Shown piece after piece: positions 22,305-31,832 of a DNA stretch of 64,000 nt (its first letter is position 1; each line of letters starts with the position of its first letter). The translations under genes were made by a program, and so were the position numbers. The DNA comes from Neophaeotheca triangularis (taxonomy: Eukaryota). Location: positions 620,001-684,000 of the forward strand of contig BAAIJX010000005.1 in the NCBI GenBank assembly GCA_054600435.1, written 5' to 3'. The notes below the pieces were generated by a model. That model saw nothing but the letters and a program-made list of their open reading frames with translations. It searched no databases and was not told the DNA's origin.

Positions 22305-23974
22305 AATCGCGAATCGAACATCATGAAAATTCAGTCACCCTTTAACGGGGCATATGACACGAGGATGAGAATCTGAGGAGGACTTACGTTTTGATGATAG
22401 TAATGGGGCAAAGCTATGGCGGGTTTGAGTAACTAATCGTGGCTTTGATCTTTGTCGGGTTCCATGTGTGTACGCGGTGTATCTACCATGCATACCGCTA
22501 CTCCACGCTCGTCAACCTCAAACATGGCACAGTCTATGTATTCATCTTTGGCAACCAAAACACTTGATGTGGTGGCCAGTACTAGTATCCTTTGCTCTTT
22601 CACTACCACTATCTCGACAGGGAAGCAAACTTGGTAGTGGGGACTCTAGCATCGTCGATTTATCCTCCACTGCATGAACTACTGTACTGTACTGTACCGT
22701 ACTCCACAACTCCGCATTTTCGTCGTTCCCGATGCGAGCAGGTCTCCTCAACCCCCTTGCAGCATTCGGCAGCCAATAAAATCTGCAGCGCCGATTCTTC
22801 CCAGCCGAGTGGACGAGAAAGGCCACGACGACTGCAACAAACCAAACCATAAGACAACACAACCCAAGAGTCCGTCGTGCCCGTCACGTACTACAACCCT
22901 TCACCCGCAAGTCCCTCTCATCAAACCACCATATCTCGCCAAAATCCCCCTCCCTCTCAAAGTCTCCCTCAGACCAGACGTCCACAGCCCTACAAGCTAC
23001 AACCGCCCCCTCAAGTCGTCAACCCCCTCCACGTGCCCAAAAGAGGCGTCAAAGTAACGGGTACCTCGTTCGGCCGCCGAGTCCGCGCCGTCCGGCTTTT
23101 TAGACTTTCCACCACCAGGTACTAGTACTCCTAGGTAGGTCCTGTACCAATGTATCCCGCCCAGTGCTTACCCAGCGTGCCCAGCCACCCCGACCCGGCT
23201 CGTCATGAGATGAACGCCTGGGTTCGTTCCGTGGCGCGACCTGACTTAGGTAATGAGACGGGAGTTTTCTTGCCTCGCGAACGGCTGCGAGTACGGTGTA
23301 CCGTAGGTAGACGCCGTTGGGTCGGGGGATTTTTTTGCTTTCTTGTCGGGATTTTCCCTGTAGCTGCGGGAAATTGCTCGGGTGGTCGGTGGGAAATCTT
23401 TCTTGCTCGTACGCTGTTGCCCGCGAAGTAGACCACGGTCCACGGCAGGCGCAGTGGGCCGAGTGTTGATGATAATAATACCTTCACCTCAATCTTTAAT
23501 CTTAGTTGAAGGCCCAGGTCTTCAAGAATAGCAGGAATGGGGCCCCACGCTTCCCCAGTCTGTACAGTGTACACACTGCACAAGTTTCGAGATTCGAAAA
23601 GCCTCTGCGCTAATCAAAGTGTAAATATAGAATTTCCCGTTGCTGTAGTTCTGGAGCAGCCGCTTCTAGAGCCTGTGAATACGAGAGTCTGGGTCGCGGT
23701 GAGGCGTTGCGGAATGTAATAATGGGTAACTGCCTGGCAACCGCGAACAATGTATGTCATTCCTTGCTTCCCTGCCCACTGGAGGAGATACAAAAGCAAC
23801 GACGCTGCTGTAGACACCATCTCAGTTACCTGCAACCCATCAACACCAAGCCAGACACACCAAAAGACAACGAACATAATCTGCGACGTCAAAAGATCCC
23901 TCAAAAACACAACCTCCAGTCACCGAACAATCCCGCACCGAAGCCTCAAAACCAAACCGCCCCCAACCTCAACC

Positions 23975-24538
23975 ATGCGCACCACCCCTCTGATCCTCCT
24001 AGCCACCACGGCAGCAACCACAACCACGGCCCTCCAACCCCGTCAAACCGACCCCACCACCACCGCCTCCCCCGAAGTCTACACACCCCCAGACATCATC
24101 ATCAACGCGGTCCCGGGCTCCCTCCAGCTGGGCGCAACCTGCAGCGACGACGCCCAATGCGCCCACGACGCGCAATGCTGGGGCACCACGGCCATGACGA
24201 TCCGCTCGTGCGGCAGCTTCAACGCCGCCTGCGCCTCGGACGCGCAGTGCGCCACCAACACTTGCGAGGACATGTTGTGCAAGGGGTTTTTGGAGCCGGA
24301 AGATTATCTTAGCAATCAGACGCCCGACGATGCCGGCGAGGTCCAGCCTGTGCCGTTGCCCTCGCCCGTTGATGTCGAGTACCCGGCTGGTAATGCGACT
24401 GTGACGGCTGAGCCGTCGGGGACTGGGAACGTTCGTCCTACTGCGGAGCCCATGCCGTATGACGGTGCTGCTGGGAGGAGTGGAGTTGCGGTTGGGTTGA
24501 CTGGGATGGTTGCGGCTGCCGTGGCGCTTTTGTGGTAG
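23975..24538 (+). CDS. Secreted GPI-anchored protein with an 8-Cys domain
   Basis: Signal peptide MRTTPLILLATTAA. Cys domain LGATCSDDAQCAHDAQCW..CGSFNAACASDAQCATNTCEDMLCKG. GPI signal YDGAAGRSGVAVGLTGMVAAAVALLW*. Confidence 0.85.
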   Translation: MRTTPLILLATTAATTTTALQPRQTDPTTTASPEVYTPPDIIINAVPGSLQLGATCSDDAQCAHDAQCWGTTAMTIRSCGSFNAACASDAQCATNTCEDMLCKGFLEPEDYLSNQTPDDAGEVQPVPLPSPVDVEYPAGNATVTAEPSGTGNVRPTAEPMPYDGAAGRSGVAVGLTGMVAAAVALLW

Positions 24539-24835
24539 AAGGGGAGAATGGGCTGGTGTGTTGGGTTAAGGCTTGGATGATAAGGTGTTGGGGGATCAAT
24601 GGAAAGCGGGAAGATGGGTTTGGTAATGCTCGATTTACGTAGTAATGCAAATTTGGTAGTAATGAAGTCACGCTTCCCTTTTCGACTTGTTGTTTGGACA
24701 CTGTCGTCCATCGTGAATGTGACCAACCCTATTTTAGCACCAGACCTGTTCCTCTACCTCCCTGTATCAGGTGAAGAAAGAGCTCTCAAGGCAAGCCCGT
24801 GCCTCAAAAGGTTGGTTGGACGTCCCTTTACCAAC

Positions 24836-26452
24836 TCAATGCAAGACCTCTTCAATATCCGGCCCCGCCTCGTGCCTACACATCGGGCAACTGTACTCCC
24901 GCCACAGAGCAAGACATTCCGCATGAAAGAAGTGCCCGCACTGCAGCTCGATGACCTCCTCCCCCTCCTTGTATTCCTCCATGCAGATGGTGCAAGTACT
25001 CTCCAGCACCCTATCACGAGCATTGGCGAACCAGCTGTAAGGTCGCAAGATCGAGCCCGGGCGAGCGAGCGGTTGAGATGCCGATGCTTCTTCCGGAGCC
25101 CTGCGCGTACGTGGTCGACGTCGGAGGCCGCGAGCATTGGGCGGGATTTCACTGAAGGTGGCATCAAGTACGGTAGGGAGGCCGGGGAACCTGGGTCTGA
25201 TTTGTTGTTCAGGCATTGTATTTTCAATCAGAGTGCGGTATTGGGCTGCAGCTAGAAGTTCTCTTCGAGTAACCAGGCGACGGCTTAGATTGTTGCGTTC
25301 GGGAATATCCAGAGCACCAGCCGTGGTGTGCGGATCCATGGCACCCAGGGCACTTGTTACTTCAGAAGGAGTGTTGGTCTGAGATGTATTGAATGTCTCG
25401 ACAGTCCCCCGGGCTGGTGAGCCAGAGTCCGCCCCACTAGTTGTTTGCGCCCCAGCTGGTCTGCTCCTACCTCGCCATATCGCCGCTGACCCATTGTTAC
25501 GTTCAGGGGTCACGTCTGTCGCACGGCTGCTCCGTCGTTGCGTTGTTCTTGGGCTAGCGTCAAAGAGAGTCGCCTGCCGTGGTGCGTTCTCAAAAGATCT
25601 AGCATCGTGGACTAGACCAGATACAATGACAGCCGAATCTTGATCCGTGTACCCTAGTTGCTGCCGACGACTTTGCACCGTTTCGACGTACTCCTCAAAA
25701 CCTTCCTCGGTGTGATACAAGGTCTGTGGGATAGGACTGTCAACAGGCTGCTGCCACGGTCCTCGACGCAATATAGTGGAACCCACCGTGCCTCCCGAGA
25801 CCATTTTTTCATGCTTGATAGTCAGCCCTAAGCCCATGCAGTGAGGGCACAGTGTCTGCCCCGACGAACGGAAAAGAGGCCCACGGCGTTGCTCCAACCG
25901 CTGAATGTACTTAAGCTTGAGGGGCCGCAAGTTCCTCAACATCCAAGTGACGCTTTGAGCAAATCTCGCGTCGCATTCGATGTAGCCATCACGACAAGCC
26001 TCATAATGACATGAGCCGTTGAACAAGGTCTCCCTAATCAGATCGCCGGAAGGGTTGTCAAAGACCTCCACTCCCTCTTCCTGAGTAACGTGCTCGAGGC
26101 TGTATCCGACACCATCCTCGTAGTCACTGTCGTACAAGCAAGGTCCATCTATGAAAACTTCCGGCCGTGCAGTCCTGCTGTCTTCTTGATGGAAGATGAC
26201 GTATGCTTTACTACCGCTGAGCGCGAAAGTAGGACTTGGGTGTCCACGATGGACGACGCGTTGGATCATAGTTTGAACGGCGCTTCCCTCGGCGCCTGAT
26301 GCAAACGAGACTTTACGGAATAGAGCTGATGCATGGTCGTGAAAGGCTGTTTGGTTCTCGCCCCTGTTGCGAGTTCTTCGGGGCTTGCGTACGAGGACGA
26401 GCGTATTATCAGTGTTGCGTGAGAAGAGGCGAGGGCTGACTTCGGTAGCCAT
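24836..26452 (-). CDS. RING-H2 finger protein (putative E3 ubiquitin ligase)
   Basis: C-terminal CTICMEEY..LQCGHFFHAECLALW..CPMCR. The first ATG in the frame is at 26452 (MATEVSPRLF). Confidence 0.8.
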   Translation of the reverse strand: MATEVSPRLFSRNTDNTLVLVRKPRRTRNRGENQTAFHDHASALFRKVSFASGAEGSAVQTMIQRVVHRGHPSPTFALSGSKAYVIFHQEDSRTARPEVFIDGPCLYDSDYEDGVGYSLEHVTQEEGVEVFDNPSGDLIRETLFNGSCHYEACRDGYIECDARFAQSVTWMLRNLRPLKLKYIQRLEQRRGPLFRSSGQTLCPHCMGLGLTIKHEKMVSGGTVGSTILRRGPWQQPVDSPIPQTLYHTEEGFEEYVETVQSRRQQLGYTDQDSAVIVSGLVHDARSFENAPRQATLFDASPRTTQRRSSRATDVTPERNNGSAAIWRGRSRPAGAQTTSGADSGSPARGTVETFNTSQTNTPSEVTSALGAMDPHTTAGALDIPERNNLSRRLVTRRELLAAAQYRTLIENTMPEQQIRPRFPGLPTVLDATFSEIPPNARGLRRRPRTRRAPEEASASQPLARPGSILRPYSWFANARDRVLESTCTICMEEYKEGEEVIELQCGHFFHAECLALWREYSCPMCRHEAGPDIEEVLH

Positions 26453-26700
26453 GTCGGGCCGTATTGACGCGTGGTCAAGATCTGATGTGTGAGTGATGTG
26501 AAAGCTCTCTGGTGGTTCGCAAGGATATAAGCAGGGACAGATCTCCTGGTTCGTTTTGCTTGATGAAAGTTGTTGGTAAATCATTCGTGGCACGAAGGAT
26601 TTTCATGTAGCCTGGAGAGGGCGAGGCAATGGTTGCTGGTCCGTCACAACACGTCCCCAACATTCACCATACCATGACACATTGACAACGCCGCTAACAA

Positions 26701-27604
26701 TTACTGATCGAACCGACTGCGCTTCTTCGGTGGTCCAGCACTGAGCCCACCCGCAGTATCAACGCCCTCCATCTTCGAAGAAGTGACAAAATCAGTCTTG
26801 TTCTTTTCCTTCAGCTTCTTTTGCTCCCTTCGCTCGTTCTCCTCAACAAGATTCTCCACGTATAGCTGCTGTGGCCATTTGACTGGTACAGCCAACCCGT
26901 CCGCTAAAGTAGTCGCGTAGCTCTCGTCTTGGGAAATTCCAGCAAAATCCATAAGTTTCGGAAGCAACATTGGGTTTCGCAAAGTCGTGTTGTTTCGCAG
27001 CCGCTCGTTGAAGTGAACGCCCTGCTTCTTGAGCTCAAGGAAGCGCTCAAACTTCCTCGTTCGGGCCGTGAGAACAGCAGCTTCTTCGCTGTTCATGGGT
27101 GGCGGAGGTGGCGAGTCGGGAATGTCGAAATTGGGAACCGTAGGCATTGTGAGCTCGCGGATCTTTTGACGTTCCAAGGTGTATGGTGATATCGGCGGTG
27201 TACCAGGTTGCTCGACGACATCAAGCGCAGGTGGTACCGACGGGCCCGGTACAGGACCTTGTACCGCAGCAGCTGTCGCTGCTATGTGTTCTTCCGGCCG
27301 GTTTGATGTCTCACGGTCCTCAAGTACATGAATCGGGCCGGCTTCTTTCGACGCGGCTGTAGGGTGTTAGGGCATGTGCGCATTATTTCATTTCTCACAT
27401 AATTAGAAGATTCATACTGATAGCACCTGACTGCTCCGGCGGCGGTACTGATGTTTCGAGCTTTGCTACCTGGTATATGGCGTTGTTAGTGAGAATCGGC
27501 GCTTCTCAGCAGTGGATAAATTAGCATAATCCTACCTTTGCCGGCTTTTCGGGCTGAATATCATCGTCCTCATCGCTGCTACCGTAGCCGACCAGTCCAC
27601 TCAT
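26701..27604 (-). CDS. HCNGP-like / SAP30-binding protein homolog (spliced)
   Basis: Starts MSGLVGYGSSDEDDD. Core: NFDIPDSPP..KFERFLELKKQGVHFNERL..LRNPMLLPKLMDFAGI. Two short introns lie near the 5' end. Confidence 0.82.
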
Positions 27605-27913
27605 TATGAATAGTGTAGTGTACTTGATCTATGTTTTCTTAAAGATGTCTTTGCTTCACCACGATGGTTAAGCTTGCCATAATTGGGCAGCCATGATTCT
27701 GCCTGCGTCTCACCGCCCGGATTTTCAAGAAGTCGCGCGTCAGTCTATCCGCCTGGAGCTGGAGCTTCAACCTCGCCCCAAACGCAACCACTTGCTCTCA
27801 CTACAGCTACATCTTCCGCCACATCACCACACACCTCCCTTCTATCTTCGAATACCTTCAATTTTTCGTCGCCTACACTCACAGGACCACACTATTGAAG
27901 CAAAACCCCCACA

Positions 27914-28834
27914 ATGAACCACTTCCCTCAAGGCTGGGGCAGAGTACGTCCCCCCAGAATCATCCAAACGCAGCTCAGACACATACACAGACAACTAACC
28001 CTCATCTCCCAGCCCCGCGATGATATCTACGGCCCGTACAACCACTCTTACATGCCTTCGCAACAACAACAACCCATCAGCCACACCCAATCGCCCATCG
28101 TAACCGGCACCTCCGTCCTCGCAATCAAATACAGCACCGGCGTCGTCATCGCCGCCGACAACCTGGCCTCCTACGGCTCCCTCGCCCGCTTCACCGACGT
28201 CAAGCGCCTCAAGCCCTTCAACGCCAAATGCGTTGTGGGCTTCGGGGGCGACGTCAGCGACATGCAGTACCTAGACCGCCTACTCATGAGCCTCGACGTG
28301 GAAGAGAAGTACGCCGGGTCCTCGGCCGCAGACATGGGTCTCTCGTCTGCTCGCGATATCCAGGAGAGCGATGACGGCCAGGGCAAGGTGATGATGAGCG
28401 CGAGGAATCTGCACACCTACCTGGCCAAGGTCATGTACAAGCGGCGTTCGGACTTTAACCCGCTGTGGAATGCGCTGTTGGTTTGCGGGCTGGATGAGCA
28501 GGGTAAGCCGTTTTTGGCCAGTGCGGATTTGCTGGGGACGACTTTCAGCGGGCCCAGCATGGCGACGGGTTTCGGCGCGCACTTGGCTCAGCCGATTCTG
28601 CGTAGGGTTGTGCCGGATGAGAAGGCCACAAAAGACTTGAGCAGGGATGATGCGGTGCAGGCGGTTAGGGAGTGCATGAAGGTGCTATTCTACCGTGATG
28701 CGAGGAGTTCGAATGAGTACAGTTTGGCTGTCGTGGACGAGAAGGGGGTGGAGTTGAAGGAGAATGAGAAGTTGGAGAACCAGAGCTGGGCGTTTGCTGA
28801 GGGTATCAAGGGATACGGTACACAGACGGTCTAG
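27914..28834 (+). CDS. PRE4: 20S proteasome subunit beta-7
   Basis: Motifs TQSPIVTGTSVLAIKY, AADNLASYGSLARF, YKRRSDFNPLWN and VLFYRDARS. Intron 27944-28012 is in frame and unspliced in the ORF track. Confidence 0.95.
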   Translation: MNHFPQGWGRVRPPRIIQTQLRHIHRQLTLISQPRDDIYGPYNHSYMPSQQQQPISHTQSPIVTGTSVLAIKYSTGVVIAADNLASYGSLARFTDVKRLKPFNAKCVVGFGGDVSDMQYLDRLLMSLDVEEKYAGSSAADMGLSSARDIQESDDGQGKVMMSARNLHTYLAKVMYKRRSDFNPLWNALLVCGLDEQGKPFLASADLLGTTFSGPSMATGFGAHLAQPILRRVVPDEKATKDLSRDDAVQAVRECMKVLFYRDARSSNEYSLAVVDEKGVELKENEKLENQSWAFAEGIKGYGTQTV

Positions 28835-29586
28835 AGTAGCGAGGTCTTCAAGCGTGGCGATGGCGAATGAGCAAGTTACGTAGGAGCTCGAGTTGGCGAA
28901 TGCTGCCACGGCTCCTACAATAGCATTGTACAACAGTATATCAATGGCGAATGAGTATTAGACTGCGCCATACGACAGTCCGAGTCTGCAAAACTGATAT
29001 CAGGTTGGTGGACATTACAGATGAGGTCAAAATCACACCCCAAAGCCCTGGAGCTATCTTGTTCTTATGCAAAACATCATTCCCCGATCAGAGCTGCACC
29101 TCTCGAGGCAAAAGCAATCCTCAATCGCATCTTCTTGAACCTCGTCCTTGTCGGAAATCTGTCCAGCTTCCCCTTGTGAATGGCATTGTATGTTTCTAAA
29201 TCGCATGACAAGAAGCCCACAGAGGAGCTCGCAACAAGCAGAGAAAAGTCGGCAGGCAGTATAGAGGCAGCTTCCACGGTGGTACATAACAGAAACCCGT
29301 GCCGTTGAATGTGTGGCGTATTCAATGGGCGCATCTCTTTCGCTACAGCAGTCGCACTTGGGGCCGAAGAGTTACACAGGTGGTGGGTTGGTATGCCTCG
29401 ATACAACGACTTGAAGCCAGTACGGGCAGAGTGATACTGCATGGAGAGAAAGTATCCCAGAGTCACCGGGATGCACTGCACGCTCCCACTTCACTCCGTC
29501 ACCCAAGCAAAGAAGAGCAAAGCAAATAAAACCACTTCAGAAAAGATACCCAACCTCTGCACCAACAGCCAAAAGGGCAAAAGGGC

Positions 29587-29604
29587 AAAAAAAAAAAAAA
29601 AAAA
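29587..29604 (-). terminator. T18 run, Pol III-type terminator
   Basis: A18 on the plus strand, directly abutting the 3' closing helix of the structured element. Confidence 0.55.
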
Positions 29605-30030
29605 CCTGGACCGGCCCAAGCGCGCTTGAGCCCCAGGGGGTCACGTATCGCGGCCGCCTCAGTGTTGAACTGAAACAGACCGGTACCACCAATCGACCTA
29701 GAAATCTGTCCAATTAGCAATGTTAGCAACCGGAACCTAGAATCTGTGAAATCAGTAGGGTTAGAATACACAAACATTACGTCCTCCGCAAGCGCCCCCG
29801 CCACATCTCCGGAGAGAGAGCGGGCGGCCACACACCCCCAGGCCGCGCCACGCTCCCTCTCCCACACCTCCAAGTCCGGAAAGTCCAGGTGATTCCAGGT
29901 GATTCCAGGTTCGAGTCCGGAGAAGTCCAGGCAGGTGAGATTCCCACGTGGTCGCCCACCGTGGTACTAATCACCCAGTCCAGTGCTGCGAGATCCGGCC
30001 GGCTTACGGGACCGGGCCCCGGCGGATTCA
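29587..30030 (-). ncRNA. Candidate structured Pol III ncRNA with a 5S-rRNA-like head
   Basis: The minus strand reads GGGTGA-TTAGTA-CCACG-GTGG-GCGA-CCAC-GTGG-GAA-TCTCACC (5S loop E/helix IV-V, 29934-29975). There is a B-box at 29908-29918, hairpins at 29811-29862, 29652-29681 and 29615-29630, and a T18 run at 29587-29604. The 5' boundary is approximate. Confidence 0.6.
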
Positions 30031-30738
30031 TTGCGTTGTTTCGTTGGTCACTTGCGCGGTGGGTTGATTATATGGTTTGTTTGGGGGTGGCTGGGAGGTG
30101 GTGGCGCTGACGTAGTGAAACGTGGTGGTATGTTTGTTATGGTGGTATGTTTGTTATGTTGGATGTTGCGCAAATTTGTTATGGCTGTTTTGCGACTACC
30201 TATATGCTTGCGCATGCACTATACATCGTCAGTTTGCGCTTCACTTGATGTCTTAAATAAGGGCAATTGACTTGCCTTTAACGATGTCTCCTACGCTGAT
30301 TCCACATCGGAGGACAGTAGCGGCGACGCTGTCAACATCCACCTTCCCACAGCACCGCTTCAGTGATAGAGAGCCTTGTAGCTTTCTGCGCATCGGTGTG
30401 GCAATACTAGGTCGACATGATCGCTTCAGCCATTGTCCTAAAGTAGCGTCAGCAGTCATAATTTGTCGTGCAGCTCGGTCGAGGACAGTGAGAGAAAGCC
30501 GGGAGGCTCACCGGAAACAATCACGAAGAGACGAAAGTACCCATGCAGCAAATTAAACGTATAGCAACCGAATGTTCACTCTGCATTTGAGGGTATCTTT
30601 TCGCAGTAATCAAGCCCAGCAGTCCGACCGTGCCGCCCACTACGCCAATAAACACCAGCCTTGTCCCTTCAACCGTGCACCGACCATATCAATAGCCGCC
30701 CACCGTAACACGTATCCCGGACCCAATGGCTCTATCCC

Positions 30739-31339
30739 TCAAACTCCCACCCCGGCAATCTTCTTCAACTCCATCTCCTTGGTCAACTCTTGATCAAGCA
30801 GCTGCAACTCTTTGACCAAGTCCTGGCAAGCCTTGACCACAGCATCCTTGGGACTGATCTCCCCATCGGTAGCAACGCGCAGCTTGAACATCGCAAACAG
30901 CGGGTGCGGAACTTGGTAAGCGGCGAAGGTGACGTGGTCCGATTTGACGAGTTTGGCGCGGATGAGGTTGCCGAGGGTGTGGTCTTCCTTGTTGAACTCG
31001 AACATGGCTGCGTTTGGGACGCCTGGTAAAAGGAAAGAAGAGAGCGCTGGTTAGAGGGGGTTGCGGATTGCGTGATAGGCGGGTGGACTGCGCTCACGAG
31101 TCTCCATTTCATAGGTGACTTTCTTCTCGCCCTCGCCGAGCAAGAAGAGCTCGTATCTGTCTGGGATGTCAAAATTGCTCGTTTGAATGCTTGGTCCATG
31201 AAGTTTGAGATTGACGCCCAGTTGGGCAAAGGCGGCGTTCTGGGCGATATTGGGTGCGTTCCAGTGCATATTTGGGACGATTGATGCTGCGCTTGTTCTA
31301 TGTACGGTATTGGGAATCCTACCTGTCTGGCGCGTTCAT
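30739..31339 (-). CDS. RPB11: RNA polymerase II subunit RPB11 (3 exons)
   Basis: MNAPDR|YELFLLGEGEKK..|VPNAAMFEFNKEDHTLGNLIR..VTFAAYQVPHPL. Confidence 0.95.
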
Positions 31340-31832
31340 CTTGAAGGAATGGAGAGGTTCGCGAGTGTGGTGTGGTAGTGACGGTTTGTGGGAAGGAAGG
31401 AGAGGTGCGGACGTTGATAGTTGGATGTAGCTGGGGGGTGCAGGTGCAGGTGCGGGCGAGCTTTGACAGCGCGAAAGTTGAAGTGAAGTCGGTGGTCGTG
31501 GCTGTCTGTCGGGTGTGGGGCGGGCGGTCTAATCCCCGCAAGCCAATTGTGAGTGTGAAGCACTGGATGACTTTGGATGACCTCCTCTGAGCCGACCCTC
31601 GCTCTAAATAACACAACCTAGGTACTTCACTCCGAAGTCGCAGGGCATGATGATTCCCGGTCATTTATAAGTCTTGTGAATTGTATTTGGTTGTTATTGC
31701 TTTGTCAAGGTAGGCCCTGGGATTCCATACACCTCTGCCCTTTCCTCCGGACGCCAATCACCACCTCGAGCCAACCACAATAGTCGCGTTAGAAGCCCTC
31801 TAGTACTCATCTCGCAGCCAACTACAAAGAAG

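Noticed and set aside
29908..29918. GGTTCGAGTCC as part of a tRNA gene
   Set aside because: No cloverleaf or correctly spaced A-box surrounds it. No tRNA gene was found elsewhere in the window.
29870..30007. Plus-strand GGAAAGTCC and CCGGCTTAC, resembling RNase P/MRP CR-I and CR-V
   Set aside because: The spacing is short, other conserved regions are not evident, and the G-U asymmetry and T-run both point to the minus strand.
29930..30030. Ordinary functional 5S rRNA gene
   Set aside because: Helices I-III cannot be built from the upstream sequence and no terminator follows the expected 3' end. It is reported as a 5S-derived head instead.
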